Assembly: GCA_028534125.1 (NCBI GenBank)
Contig: CM052816.1
Location: 4,218,001-4,282,000 of the forward strand
Source of the DNA: Lama glama
Lineage: Eukaryota
Length of the DNA: 64,000 nucleotides
Direction: 5' to 3'
Under the pieces are notes generated by a model that was not told where the DNA came from, made no database searches, and saw nothing but the letters and a program-made list of their open reading frames with translations. This document shows, in pieces, positions 11,900 to 26,159 of the stretch. How positions within the stretch are numbered: position 1 is the stretch's first letter; each line of letters starts with the position of its first letter. A program made the translations under genes and the position numbers.

Positions 11900-12480
11900 C
11901 CCTCAATCAACACTCACACATGCTCAAATCTTTCCCTTCTAAAATAAAGTGAAACAAGGGGAAACTGCTCCCATCCTGTGCACTCCCTCTGCTGCAAGGT
12001 AGCTCCATCCTTTAAGAGGCACACTTCTTAATAAAGTCGCATGCACACACTGTCTCCTCTTCTCATTTTCCGCTCCTCTCTTTACCTCCTGCAACCTGGC
12101 TTCTGCATCCAGAGCTTCACAAAAACTGCTCTCCCTGAAATCACGACTGGTCTTAGGTTGTTAAACCCAGCCAGCATTTTCAAGGCCCTCCCGCCACACT
12201 GGACACTGCTGATGTGACTTTTTATTGGGCTTGGATGCCCAATACCCCTTGAGCTTCCAACCTCCTTAGATGCTCTTTCTTCAAGTCCTGGGCTCCCTTT
12301 TACACCTAATCCATTAAGTTTCAATATTCCCCAAGGTTCCATTTCAGTTTTTCCCCTTTTTCACTATACCACACCCATGACCCCAGCGACCTTCTATGCA
12401 GCTGTGAATGCCAAGTTCACCTCTCCAATACAGATTTCTCTTCTTACCTCCAGACCCAAGTGCAGACTGCCTCGCAGAAA
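11900..12480 (+). mobile_element. L2 LINE fragment
   Basis: ctgcaacctggcttctgcatcc...aaaactgctctccctgaaatcac; cttctatgcagctgtgaatgcc (degenerate RT region). Confidence 0.65.
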
Positions 12481-12499
12481 GCTTCACATACCAGAGTGG

Positions 12500-12930
12500 T
12501 GGATATTCCAGGGCCCCACCCATATGCCCTCTTCAGAGCTGGCCTAGGCAGTCCAGCCTCCCCAGCTGCTTGGAACAGCAGCTGCAGACTGCTCACAGCT
12601 GGGCACCCCATGGACACTGCTCTCCTGGTCTGAGAACCACACCATTCAAGGGGCCCTCTTCTGGAAGGTAGCCCACAGGAAATGACTGGCTAATGGGGCA
12701 CAAAAGGCCAGACCTTCTTGCTTCAGTGTTTAGTACTATGAAGCACCATCCAGAGCTCCACACAGCACTGGCTGACTTCTCAGCTGCAAGTGCATCTCGT
12801 ATCTGCTTTTCTCTCAGACCATTCCTCCTCTCATCACTTCTCTGTAGGATTATCTCCTGTGAGAACCTCCAGTCAGTCTTCTGCATTCACCTCCCCATCT
12901 CAGAGTCTCCATCTCAGGGAACCAGAGTCA
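12500..12930 (+). mobile_element. ERVL-class LTR fragment interrupting L2
   Basis: 3' end ccccatctcagagtctccatctcagggaacc typical of ERVL LTRs; subfamily uncertain. Confidence 0.5.
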
Positions 12931-13249
12931 ACAAAACATCCAATGAAAACTCATCATGCTCACCTATAAACTTATAAAAACTACTTTTTTCCTTATTTAA
13001 AACTTTACTCTTTAATTAGAAACCATATAAGTAATAGTCATATCAGGAATCAGAGGCAAAGGCAGAGACCCCAAAATAGCTGTTTTTCCCTTAACTTGTC
13101 AAACTTGAGCAGACTTGAAAGCAGGCCAGACCCATCCCAGCTCTGGCTACAGCCTCCCGTTCTGCATTCTGGTCCCAGTCATGTTGGTTGGAAACTGGCT
13201 GCACTTCATCCAAGAGCCTAATTTAAGGGTATTTATGGCTTCCTCCTCC

Positions 13250-13850
13250 TCCTTTTCCACCTCCCAAATTTGCACCATCTCAGTATAAGGGCACCATCAT
13301 ACAACCAGCTGGTCAGGTCAGATACTCAGGACTCATCCCTGATTTATTCCCCAAGTCATGCCAGTTCTACTTCCCAAATGTCTTTCAGGTTAATCTTCTC
13401 TCCTCCATTTTTGCTATACCTTCCTCAGTTCAGGAAAACACCTCCTGTCCCCAGACGACTGCAGTGCATCCGAACCAGCACGTCAGAGCCTGGAAGCTGA
13501 TCATCTCATCCCCAGGCTGGCTGCATGGGCCTGAGGTACCCAGGATGTAACAGTCATTTGCATCGCTCCAAGCATAACCTCCTCCAGGCTTCCACATTAC
13601 CACCAGAGTCCTGCCCTTTGCCTTTGCCATTATAGTATCATTTTCTGTCTATGTCGTGCCATGAGAAAGCCAGGAAACTGCTATCGCCATGACTGGCACT
13701 CTGCCTGCCAGGGGTCTCCCCTCCCCTATGCTAGACGGTAAGCCCCTTAAAGACAGGGAGTCAGTATTTCCTCTTTCTGTTTCCCAGAGTTCAGCCTAAT
13801 ACTGGCATATAGTCATCATTCACCAAATATTTGTGGACGAAATCAATAAA
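13250..13850 (+). mobile_element. L2 LINE 3' portion
   Basis: ctagacggtaagccccttaaagacaggga...ctggcatatagtcatcattcaccaaatatttgtggac...aatcaataaa. Confidence 0.75.
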
Positions 13851-14299
13851 CGACCCAACCCAGCCTTCAAAAGAAGTAATAAACCAAAGGAGGCAATAAT
13901 GCAAAAAAGAAAGAAAAAGGAAAAGACACCAGTTTCTCATCCTTCCAAGGATCTTATGCCTGGTGTTGAACTGACTGTCACAAGGAACGATCTAGTTCAG
14001 AAGAGGACTCTTGGTAAACTTCTGGAGAACCAGGTTTTAAATTACAGCCACATTTTCTCATTTCAGTGCTTTTAGTGTATAATCTCCAAGAGGGCTTATA
14101 ATACCGTCCTGTGCAGTGAAGTAGTGACCCAACAGAGAGCAATCCATAAATACAACTTAATGATAATAATTAAGAAGGAATAAGTAAGTGGAGGACAGAA
14201 CCAGAATGGCTAAGTAAACTTCATCTGAGGCAAATCCCTCTCTAGAAGTTTTATACCACTGGTCCTGCCTGTTGTATTATAATTCTTTTCGATGGTGGA

Positions 14300-14478
14300 A
14301 AAACACTGGTCAGCAAATGGAAAACTAGGTGTTCACATCCCAGCTCAACCACATACTAGTGGTGTGACCTTAGCGGGGGCACTTAACTTCTCTGAACTTG
14401 CACGTCTTTGCCTGTAGTAAGAAAGGATGGAGTTAAATGATGTTCATGTCTACTTCTAGCTCCAAAATTCTATTCTGA
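14300..14478 (+). mobile_element. MIR/MIR3 SINE
   Basis: atcccagctcaaccacatactagtggtgtgaccttagc...cacttaacttctctgaac. Confidence 0.75.
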
Positions 14479-15484
14479 TCTCTCCTATGTTATTTCCAGC
14501 TCTCTCAGTGTCTATCAATCCAGTGTTTTCTGTGAACTGGAACATGAATTCAAACTGGCGAGGGTTTTATTGGTGTTATCTAAAAATAAACTTCAAAACA
14601 GGGACCAGGAAACTGTGAAAACAATGCATGTCAACAAGTTTTTTACAGGAACCGATTTCAGCCTTATTCTCCTTCGTCTCCTAAAGCATGTGCTTCAAAC
14701 AGGATAAGGAGAGAACGTATAGACTTATTTACCAAGCTGATCTATGGAAGAGGAGGGACAAAACAAAACATGGACATTCAGACCACTGTTGACTGCTAGG
14801 GATGGCACAGAAGGGAAGCCTGAGACAGAAACTGGGCCAGAAATAGGAATCTAATAGCCCTTGGCTGGCACCAACTGGATCTATCTGAGGATTCATTAGT
14901 TAGTCTCTGTCTTCTACTACCTTGCTCCAATCAGGTAGGGACGAGGTAGAAAAGGAAACTTTGGTTTTCAAGAAGTATGTGGACCCATGATTTCCAAGGT
15001 AAGCTATATCATATAACTTTATCCATGCCAATTCTTACTTTAAGGGAATTCTCCTCTGTAACCAGATACACTGAAAGAAGACCAACAGCTCTTTGACAAA
15101 GTCTTACCAGTGGTCACGTTAGAACAGCTCTGACCCGCTACAAAAAAATAAAGCCTCCTCTGGGAATAGACAGATGCATCTCACAGCCAACCTTCGTAGA
15201 GGTGCACACTCTTGGCCATCTTTCCACAAGTAGGCTCTCTGCTGTGAGAGAAGGCTGAGTCCTCTGCTAATGAGCTGTCTCTGGCCTGGTATCTCAGTAT
15301 TTCTACGAGCAAAGTTCCCAGGGACATTTTGTTTGCTATCTAGAAAAGTTTACTTTCCAGTTGGCTAGGCTTCAGGTGATGTTTCCATTGAAAATGTATT
15401 CTGGGATTCTCAAATCTGAATTCTCAACTTTGCTCAATAACATTATTCTAAGTACTAATCACATCTAATGAGACTATCTAGTAT

Positions 15485-15660
15485 TCAATTGTTACTTACG
15501 GTGGGCAAGACCCCATGTTAGATGTCTCACATGCAACCAACTCTCATTCACTCCACACCACGGTCCTGCGAGGTAGGTCTGTACCACATCAACCCCATTT
15601 AACACCAGGGAGCAACCGAGGTAGCCTTTCATATACGTTACACTATTCACCCAGAGGGAG
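15485..15660 (-). mobile_element. MIR SINE
   Basis: tctcattcactccacaccacggtcctgcgaggtagg...ccccatttaacaccagggagcaaccgagg. Confidence 0.6.
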
Positions 15661-17579
15661 TCAAGCTAATCCCTTTCAAGCAGTAGTGGGTAACAAGCTC
15701 TCCATTGGGCCCTGATCAAATGGAGTTAGAGGTGAGATGTGCAATCAAAGATCACTGCAGACAAGAGTGGTGCATGTCTAGGGGGTAGACAAGAAAGTTA
15801 CAGACAAAATGTCACATTCAAATGCCAGCAGCCTTTTATGTACAATGACTGATTTTACTTTCATTAAATCAGACTTAGAACTGCTCAATATATGTGCAAT
15901 TTTTAGCAGGACAAGGAGAAATTATAGAAGAGCAAGAAGGTCGCAGGTTAAGCAAAAGCAAACAGAAGGAAGGCAGTCAAGAGAAAGGCCAGCCATGTCA
16001 TGTTGGGCAAGTCATTTCACTTCATGCTTACCTTTCTCTGGGTCTAGAATGCACATGTGACTCCTGACCCTTCCCACCCTGTGTGCATTTGTAAGACTAT
16101 ATAAGGTGACAACTCTGAAATTTAAAATAGTCTAATGTCCCATAACTGCAAGCTGTTATGGTTACCAACACCCTAATTCAGTTCAATTTCATTTCCCTGA
16201 AATTCTGTGAATGTAAACTTGAAATGTAACCACAGCAAACTTTCCAGACCTTCCTCAAAAACAATGCATCCTTTGTCCCTTAGCCCTAATATTACAGACT
16301 TCCCAGCGGCATGTTGAAAGAAACAAGAAATGAGATGGGAAAAGTGAAGATCAATACAGTTCTTTGAGTGCGAAGATCAAAATAAAATCAAGTTCCGTTT
16401 GGGTTACCTCCCATCCCTCCGTCTGTGAAAAAGACTATCACCTGCCATGATGACCAGGGAACTGGGGCAACCTATTGTGAAAACTCAAGATCAGAGATCT
16501 CATGTCAAACTGTACTAAAAATCGTAACTTGAGATCGTTAGGAACTTTAAAACAAACACTAAGTTGATCTACTAAAATAAAAGCAGAATAAATCCAAGAC
16601 TTATTTCTGGAAGCAATTATATTACATCCAACTTCTGTTGCATCTTTTGTTGTAGCTCATAAAGTTTTTCACTTCTCCCCAAAACTCCCCTAACTAAAAA
16701 CATCCTTAAACAGAGCTCATGGGAAGTTAACAGGATTCTGTTGGGAAACAGCAAAAGATGGTACTTATTTTATTTGCTTCCAGGGTGGGTCTGTGTGTGC
16801 ATCTTTGTATGTTTCACATTTGCTAAGAACTCAGTTTGTACAACAAACATATGGCTTTTGGGGGGCTTGTAAAAAGGGCTGTTTAACTCAAGATAATTAA
16901 TTCTGTCAAGTGTTTTTCTTTTACATTTGTATCAAGTTACCAACCACTTAAGCCCAAAGGGGAGCTGCCTCCTTTCTGCTTTTTCTCCTGCCTTTCTCTC
17001 TCTTCCATGTATCAGTTCTGGCATGTGGTACCCACAGCATCATCAAGATGTGACTCAGCTTTCACTCCCATCAGGAAGCCTTCCCAAGCCTATTTTTGGA
17101 AGTGCCACCTGACATTACATCACACGTATTAGATGTACCCATGCCCCACTTTAAATACATGTATTTTTGCTACAAAGTTTTTGAAATGTCTTAAATAATT
17201 CAGCTTTTGAACTTCCTTTGTTATGAGTTACTCATTTGCTATACGATTGACTACGACTGCTTAAGAATCTGATTCAGGCTCCGGGATTATTAAGAGGTGA
17301 GTGAGAAAATCTTACTTACCAATCGTTTTCAAATGTAATCCAATTTTTAAGAGCTGAACATGGAACAGCACCTGGAATCTGTACAATAATATATTTTATA
17401 GACATTTAATTAATTACAGATTAATTGTGGTTTTGCTGATTTGATCTTACATTCTGTAGCCACTGATTTATATATTTTCTTCCAGGCCCCATGTACTACT
17501 CTGATCTTTCAGGGTCTTAAATGTGGTTAATCTGCGTTTTATTTTATTATCATATATTTAGGCATGTATTATATTAAAT

Positions 17580-17817
17580 CATACATTCTTAATGGGGGAA
17601 ATCATGCCCCTAAGGGGATGAAAACTGGTTCTTGAGGAATGAAAAATCTTACTGTAGTTGTGCGTGAAGCACAGACACATACAGAGCACATAAACAGATA
17701 TACAGCAGATCTGTGGTATAAAATGTCTCTGGAGTGGGGTGGGGGTTAATTAGCAAAAAAATGTCTGAAAAGGTTCTTTGGGGAAGTGATAATGGCAAAA
17801 AGGATGAGAAACACTGC
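17580..17817. mobile_element. hAT-Charlie non-autonomous DNA transposon
   Basis: ends cattcttaatggggg and aaaaggatgagaaacactg; internal taaacagatatacagcagatctgtggtat. Confidence 0.75.
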
Positions 17818-19599
17818 TTTGGACTGTATTCATATGTTTTATATGCATCTGTTTCATTTTCCTAATAGAATTGAAGCCATTTAAGAACAAGGATTAAATC
17901 TTCCACTTTTCCTGAATATTTATACCACCTGCTCAAAGGTGCCAACATTTTTTTTTAATTTCCCACCCTCCTGAGAAAACACTGTAGTCTAATTTTATGC
18001 AACTTTGAATTATGCAAACTTGATAGAATGTCATAATAAATACCCTGGGTTCAAAATGTGAAATAATGCAGATTCCTTCAAACTAAAACCTTGCCAAGAC
18101 TTGCCTGGTTTCAAAGCTGGTAAGCCAAGTGAATTGTTAATCAAGTTTACTGCCAGGTGGTAGCATTGTAGGCACTGAAATTGCCTTGTAGGGAACAAAT
18201 TATCTGAAGGAGAGGAATGCTTCTCTCCTAAAAAGTGAATTGTCATATCAGAGTCTGGTGAAGAATATTTGCAGGAACTTAATATACAGTGATTGTAATT
18301 ATATATGTATATATAATGAAATACAATATATAACTATAAAGTTATACATATAATCTCTAAAAACTAAGTTTGGAGATGTTTGAAAAAAAATCTGCTTAAC
18401 TATTATATATAAAGTTATAGAGCAGAGAATGTTTGGTCATTAAAATATCATTCATTTTTCTTTACTGCCTGTGATCAAGGATCCAGCACTCACTGGGGCA
18501 GGGCTCTCATGTGGAATACTGATCTGACTAGACTTTATGATACATCTAGCACTGGGAACAGGAGGCAGAAGAGCCAAGAAGAACAGCTTAATGTCATCTG
18601 CAACACTGGGCTCTCAGCGTCTGGCCTAGGAGAAAATGGATTACTTGTTACACGGATGTAAGATCTTGGTCAGACCAGTACCGTTATCCTGGATGCTGAA
18701 AGGCAACTGAATACCCATTGTAGTGACAGTAATATAGCCCCATTTATTACAGACATAGATTTACAACTTCATCAAAACACGATGGCAAACCTGTGAAGGG
18801 GTTCCCAGCACACCGTGAGAACCACAAGGGTAACACAGGTAATACAAGGCACAACACTGGGAAAGGAATGAGAAGACCCAAGTTCAGGGTTTCCTGCCAG
18901 TCTATCACTGAGATTTGGGGCAAGCTGTTTATGTCTCTGGACTTTGATGTCCTCACTAATAACATGATGACACTGGATAAGTGATCCCAAAGGACCAATG
19001 TTTTAATGGTGAGATTTTATGAGTTTTATGGTCCATAAAAGCTCAGTAGTGATTTCTCACGGTCTGTCCTGGGGTTTGCATTTCCAGCCTATATTCCTGA
19101 GCCCAGTAATGACCAGCAGCACCAAGAAAGCGGTTTTAATGGTCCTTGTATCTGCTCATGAATACTGCATGGTGAGCACAGACTATGCAGGAATCGTCCA
19201 CTCATGGCATGTCTGCTAATTCAACCACATTTCTACAATACTATGGCCTCAGATCTTAAAAAAAAAAAAAAAAGAATCCTACTTCAAAGGTAATTCAGTG
19301 TAACAAGTACAAGTCCTGCCTAAAAAAATGATTGACAATTTCCTGACTTTCAAGGTGCTTATAATTGTTGAAGAAAAAAAAAAAACAGGCATGTAAAACA
19401 ATTAAATAACAAGAAGGTATAATATGTATTAAAATTTTTAATTGAATGTGCTCAGTGACAAGAGGTAGAAGACACAGATGATACGTTCTAAGAATAGTCA
19501 GGCTGGGAAGAGGTCAATGTTAACAGAATACCTGAGAGATTCACTGAAGGAAGTTTGGGATGACAGTATCCTGGGCTAGAGGGGGCCTTGGAGGTAACT

Positions 19600-19990
19600 T
19601 CAACCATTCTCCCTAGAGTAAGTCATCTCCCTTTACCATCCAGCTGCCAGACAGATGCTCCAACTGACAGAGCAGCCAACCCTTCATTAAACAGTCCGTT
19701 TATTTTTCAATCAACAATTAATATACAAAGTTTCCCTTATGTTGACCTCAAGTTGACTTTTCCGCATTTTCTTCTGATCTCCTGTGCCACATTCTGCTCT
19801 CTGGAGTCCCACAGATCATGCGGAATCCCTCTTCCAAGTGAAATCCCTCTGGTCATTTACCGGACTCACGCCCAACTTGTCCCTTCACCTAGGTGACCAT
19901 TCCCAGTTGCTCCTACCATTCTCTTTCACGAATTGGTCCGGTTTGCACCCATCCCGTCTCTCCTCACCACCTGTGTTCCTGTTCCAAGCA
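19600..19990 (-). mobile_element. L3/CR1 LINE fragment
   Basis: ttcccttatgttgacc...ttctgctctctggagtcccacaga...aatccctcttccaagtga...cattcccagttgctcc resembles CR1/L3 3' antisense. Confidence 0.65.
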
Positions 19991-22900
19991 GGCCGGTCAA
20001 GACTCAGATGAAGTGGCTATCATGCTCCCTTCCAAAGGAAATTCGCATGAACAAATGAAGACCATGTAACGAGGGGGAAAGATACTCAACACAACAATCT
20101 GGCCTCCAAGTTGTGCTTAAAATACAGCCACAAACACCATGTGAGTTGGAACAAAATGACTTACTGTGTGGTTACTGTGCACAGAGCAGGCTGTACCGCT
20201 TCATCCTGGCACTGTTGGAAGAAACTTGTCCTGAACACCATTTGGACAGAACCCAAGGTGTTCATGCCCCAGTGAGAAGCACAAACCGTTAAAAGAAAAA
20301 TGTGGGAAACAGTTTCCACGTTGGGGTGTAATTTCTCAGTGTTATTGCCAGCACAGAGAAATGCTCGGAAGGTGAACAAAAGCTAACAGAAGCAATGCAG
20401 TGAACACTAGTGGCATTCATAGCTGCATCCACCCTCCCTGAAGTTTCCCAAGTCTCTACCAATTCCTCTGCAACTCCCTCTGCAGAGATGACATGCTTGA
20501 ACACACCTGGGAGGTTTCATGCAGATCTGGTGTCTTTTCATCTCTCTAACGTGGTGAGCTCAAGAATATCTCAAATCACGTATTAACTGTGAAATTCTGG
20601 AAACAAGGGAGCTTTCAGCTCCATCAAGATGAGAATGAGTGAAGTCACTGGCCATGATTAGTCTAATTATGAAGAGGATAGGCACTTGGAAAGAGAAAAG
20701 TTGATGCACAAAATCCGCGGGCCAGAGATCGAGTGTGCAGTGTGCTGAAGACTATCCAGCTCCCCAAACTGAGGCCACTGCTTTCGAGAGAAGGCTACAG
20801 GCAGTAGCAGAAGAGGGTGCTCTCATGTGAGACCCTATGAGATGCAGAGCCTAACAGAGCAGGTGTAGCCCAGGTGACAAAAGTGACACTGACTGGAGGA
20901 CAGAGCTACCCTTTTTATTTTTACATGCCACACAGCTCTGATCTAATCCCTGGACAAGAAAACTTTCAGAGTTTCAGGACACACTGTTTTTGAACATTTA
21001 GTGTTCTCATCGTGGTGCTGGCATGGTGGAGGACGGAGGCACTAACAAATGAATTCATGAGCAGAGGACGTCAACCCTGGAGCAGGAGCAAGAGAAGAAA
21101 GACATGCTGGTTACTACATCATGAATGTAGCTGAGAGATAAACCACTTAAATGCTTTCTGTCTTCTCTGGAAGACTTTCCAGTGGGTGGGATGCTGGACA
21201 CCAGCAGGTATGAGCAAGAATCAGAGCATATGAAACAGAAATAGCACCGTGAACTTATTCGTACCTAGAGGTTACTGCCATCAAGAGAATGTTTAGATTT
21301 CATTCCATTTATCTTTGTTTATGATCTGGTAATCTTAGGCAGGCCCTGGTAAAGGATTCTTCTGGGGGAATATATTTGGTTTCCTCCTAAAAGATTACCT
21401 TCTATGAATTTAAAAAAGAAAATACAGAAATAAAGTTGGTGGAAAAGATTTTTAAATTTAAAACGCAGTAAGAAATATTTGAAAACAGTGGTCAAAATTC
21501 AAGAATCTGGACATTCAGAGACCCTAGGAATCCCAGATTTTATAGACTGATGTGGACCATGGCCCTTCTAAACACCACAACATCACGTTTGTGATCATAC
21601 AGGTAATTACATATAATTCATCACTATTCAGCTGATCTTCATCCTGCTCATCTTTGAAATGAGAGCCACGGAAGTCAGCTCAGTGATGGAACAAACAGCT
21701 AAACACCAAATCAGGCCCTGAAATCATCCTCTCACAATTTTCATGCAAAAGATGTACAGCGCCCCTTTCCAAGTAACAAAGACCAAATATTTATACAGCA
21801 GGTTATAAAGCAACTGAAGAAACAGAATGGAAATGAATCATTGGGTTGAGGGGATATCTTCCATTCTGAGAGCAGACTCCCCTAAAATTGGGGATTTTTT
21901 TTTGTGCACATGGCTCATTTTCCCTTTTCCTACAAAATGATGAATTAGTTACCATTTATTCCTTTCTTCCTCTAGGAGGAAAAATTATTTTATCAGTAGG
22001 CAAAAGTATAGTGCATCTTTTAGTCAGCTCTTTTGCACTGACTCATTCAAATCTGTCATCCTAGTGTTGGGCTTCTTCATGGCCCTTTGTGGACATTTTT
22101 TACTATCAGACTTGACATGATATGCAACCACAAAGCTACTGTCTTGGCTAAAAGTCCCTGAGCTGGGGGGTCTAACGACCTTCTTGGGACTACAGCCCAA
22201 GGCTGGCTTTCTTCTCTAATTCCACTTACCTGTCATCTGACTTGTCTCTGCTGGATTTCTAACACTGCCTCTCTTACTAAAATCGGTCACCAGAACTCGG
22301 CAATCCTATTATTTAAAAGAGAAAAAAGAAAGAAGACTAAAGGTTTTTGCATTTTTCTCTCAATCACTGATTCTTAAAAGTTTCTTATTGAGGAGAGGAA
22401 CCTTTTTAGAAAATGACACATTAGGCAGAACCGCAACCTATAAAATGCTAAAAAGGGACATTACGTTAGCTGAGGATACTGGAGGGCAGGGCTCGGCAGG
22501 TAAAGACGATGGACCTAGACCACCATCCACAGGTATTCCCTCTGCATTTTCTAGAGAACAAAATTTGGAAACCACTAATTAATAATGTTATGCAACATTT
22601 TGTTTTAAAGAGTGGTTAAATAATTTCCATCTGAGAACAAAAATGAGCATACATGATACCATCAATCTACTTCAAATATGGCCATCACTTGCCATTGGCC
22701 ACCAGACTGTAACATATTATACTGTGATTTAACCCCAACACATTCATCCTCTAGTAATAATTTGTAAATTGTAAGATTTCATCTTGAATTCCCTGAAAAA
22801 GAATCCAAAACATTGGGGAAAAAATTTTGCCTTCATTTATTAAGCTGTTTAGGGAATTTTTTGTGCCCAATACTGGTAAGAATGTTAATATTTTCCCCTA

Positions 22901-24084
22901 ATGTCTACCAGGAAAGATTCAAGGCAAAGTTCAAGTGCCACTCACTTTGTTAAGGACCTGAAGAAACCTGGAAGAACTGTGCAGTGATTCTCGGAAGCTG
23001 AAGTATCCGTGATCTCTCTAAAAAGAGACACTCTTTTCGTGCCCTTGGAAGCAAATGCTATTATTTTTTCATTCCAGCCTAGAAGACTGTCTAGTTTCTG
23101 CTTTGGTTCTTATAGTCTTATTTTTCAAATGCATGCCATCCTCGAAGTGGCATTCTGGTGATATGCAGACAGATTTTTAACCACCAGATAAAGCTCTCCC
23201 CCACAACTGCATGAGAATGCTCTCTGCATAAAGGCACTGTGGAAGAGAGGGTAAATAAAGGAGAAAATGATGGTTATTTATAGAGATATTTACAGCACTG
23301 TTCCATCAGGACCCCACTTACCACCAAGTATTAAAGAAGATCCCTTTGGAAAATGCATACATTCTATCTTCTGAATGTTTGCCTAGCAAACCAACTATTT
23401 TTAAAGGTTTAATGGAATAAAGTAGCTAAGGGTATTACGGGCACTTGATTCACAGGTTGAAACGAGACTTCCTTCTACAAAGGAGAGTGGAAAATACACT
23501 TTTTTCCTTTACAGAGTTCAGCAGAGGACCTGTCTGAAGCATCTGGAGGAGAATTGCAGACAATTGCAGACAGATTATCTCCCACCTTCTCAGAACCTAA
23601 CAGTCACCAGATGATTAGCCTCAAGCTAATCAATGATTTAAAAATGAAATCATGCTTCCCGTGTGTGTCCTTCATGAATGAAGAAGCAACTAATGATTTA
23701 TTACCAGTATGGCATGTGTTCTAATACATGTGGAAAGTCAGTTAACTAGCCTTTCCTTCCTTCATTTCACAAGTATTTACTGGGCACTTACTAGAGTGTA
23801 AGACAGATTGCATCTTCTGAAGTTTGTAGACAGAGAGCTGAAATCCAACAGTGTAGGTGGACACCCACAAGATGATCAATTTGGTGAATTTATCATGGTA
23901 TAGGATTTGTGGTTCTCAAAGCCCAAAGGAATTCAGAAATGTTGTTGCCTAATTCCTAGGCTTATCTGCACTTGTCCAAGTTGAGTCACAAAAACAAAGC
24001 TCACAAGAGACTGATGTATAAACCAGGGAGAAGAAAAGAGCTGCAGTGCGGACCAGGGATCTGCAAAGTATATCCCAACCAACG

Positions 24085-24260
24085 CATTCTTTAGAATTAT
24101 GGAGAAACAGGTTCAAAATCTGTCACTTGCTCTCTGACTCTGTGCAAGTCTAGCAAACTCTTTAGACCCTCAACGTCCCCATCTATGAACTAGCAATCAA
24201 ACCATACTCCACAAAATTGTTGCTACTAAGTGAATAACCTTTATATAGTACTTATCACAC
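24085..24260 (+). mobile_element. MIR SINE
   Basis: ggttcaaaatctgtcacttgc...gtgcaagtc...cctcaacgtccccatctatgaa. Confidence 0.6.
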
Positions 24261-24719
24261 GAATTCAAAAAAAATATTTTCTGAGCACCCACTCTGTACC
24301 AGACATCATAGTAAACACTGGGGACATAGCACTAAATGAATCAAACAATGGCTCCATGGGCTTTTTGGAGGCAACAGGAGTGAACTGAAGAGAGGGTTGA
24401 AGCCCATTGGTATGGAGAGAGTTAGCCACATGCTTTACTACCAGTCAGAGTGGGCATTACCTGTCAGGTGAGCAGGCTGGGTCCTGCCAAGGTTCCCTCT
24501 ATGATTCTTCTCCTAGGCTTCCTTAGTTGTCCAAAGTCCCTTATGACTGACAGCTGCACTCAACATACATCTCCGGAAAGCTAATGGTAACTAATAATAA
24601 CTGAGCATATACCATGTGCTTGAAAAATAAATGTTGGCTTCAGCTAGAATCTGGTCCTCTCCCTAAAATGATTTTATTTTATCTGCTTTGTTTTAATCCA
24701 GTTAGTATTTGTATATATT

Positions 24720-25192
24720 TGTCAATGGACCAAGTTAGCTAAATGGGAGCTCTGCTTCCCAGAATTCCCATCCCTGCAGCACTGGCTACAGGAGACACCT
24801 AGTCTGAGAGCTGGAAGCCTAAAGTGAAACAGTTGCCACCTTTTTAAGCGTGGAAGGTAGGTACAGGACACAAGGTAGAGTTACAGCTCCTGTGTGTTTA
24901 GCTGCCGGATGAAGGTCACCAGCTTCTCCTGCAGGTTACCGCTAACACTGACGTTAGAAGTGTGGAAGTAGTGAGAGACCTGTCCTCTTGCAGTTCCAGT
25001 TTGTCCTTGCTTCCTCTACCTCACATACATTTTTCTTTCCCTACTGCCTGCTTGGTTGACTCCAGACTCCAGCACAAGGCACCAGAGCAACAGGCTTCCA
25101 TCTATGTAACCAGCCCTGGAAACTGTGAAAGTTGAATCCCTGTGTAAATCATACACATGTCATCTAGGGCTTCTGCTTCTCTGATTGATACA
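24720..25192 (+). mobile_element. ERVL-class solo LTR (LTR40/LTR41-like)
   Basis: TG start, gagctctgcttcccagaattccc, 3' end cttctgcttctctgattgataca; subfamily uncertain. Confidence 0.6.
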
Positions 25193-25294
25193 GTGTTCAT
25201 TTCAAGCCTTATTTGTCTAAGGGCAGCTGCCCTCCTTTCAATGTTCCTGGAGAGATGGCTGAAGGATAGAGCCACTGCGGTGCATGTCTAGCCT

Positions 25295-26030
25295 TTAATT
25301 TTTTGAAAAAATATTTTATTAAGATATAAATCACACACCTTACAATTTCCTTTAAAGGATACAACTAACTTGGTGGTATTTAGCATATTCACAAAGTTAT
25401 ACAATGATCACTACTCACTACTACCTAACTCTGGAATATTTTCATCACCCTCGAGAAGCCCCATACGCGTTAGCAGCACCACCACTTCTTACCCCCCTCA
25501 GCCTATGGCTACCACCAATCTGCTTTCTAGCTCTATAAATTTGCCTATTCTGGATATTTTATGTGCATGAAATAATATAGTACACGGTTTTTTTGTGTGT
25601 GTCTGGCTTCTTTCATTCAGCAAAATGTTTTCAAAGTTCTCCCATGTTGTAGCATACATCAGTACATACATCCCATTGTATAGATAGACTACATTTTATT
25701 TAACCATTCAGCAACTAACAGGACATCTGGACCATTTCTAATTTGTGGCTATTATGAATAATGTTGCTGTGGACATTCATATACAAGTTTTTGTGTGAAC
25801 GTATGTTTTCAGTTCTCTCGAGTACAGCTATTCAGGGGTGAAACTGCTGGGTTTTATGGTAATGCTCAACACGTTGAGGAGTTACCAAAATGTTTTACAA
25901 AGTGGCTGTGCCATTTTACATTCTCACCAGCAGTGCCTCTGAGTTCCAGTGTCCCCACACCTTCGCCAACACTTGCAATTTCCTCTTTTTTGATTATAGT
26001 CACCCAACTGGGTGTGACAGTCACGTGATT
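25295..26030 (-). mobile_element. L1MB-type LINE 3' fragment with 11-bp TSD
   Basis: ttttattaagatataaatcacacacc...ccaccaatctgctttct...ttgcctattctggatattt; TSD ATGTCTAGCCT at 25284-25294 and 26031-26041. Confidence 0.9.
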
Positions 26031-26159
26031 ATGTCTAGCCTCTCTTAAAAGATGATTCTAGGTGGCCAGAATGAAGAGTGCCATCCCTATTGTCTTAGGG
26101 CAAAGTTTGTTGGTTTTTGTTTGTTTGTTTGTTTGACCTTGAAACTTACTTACAACGTA

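Noticed and set aside
18148..18165. CTCF-like CTGCCAGGTGGTAG
   Set aside because: Two mismatches to the core consensus; cannot be supported from sequence alone.
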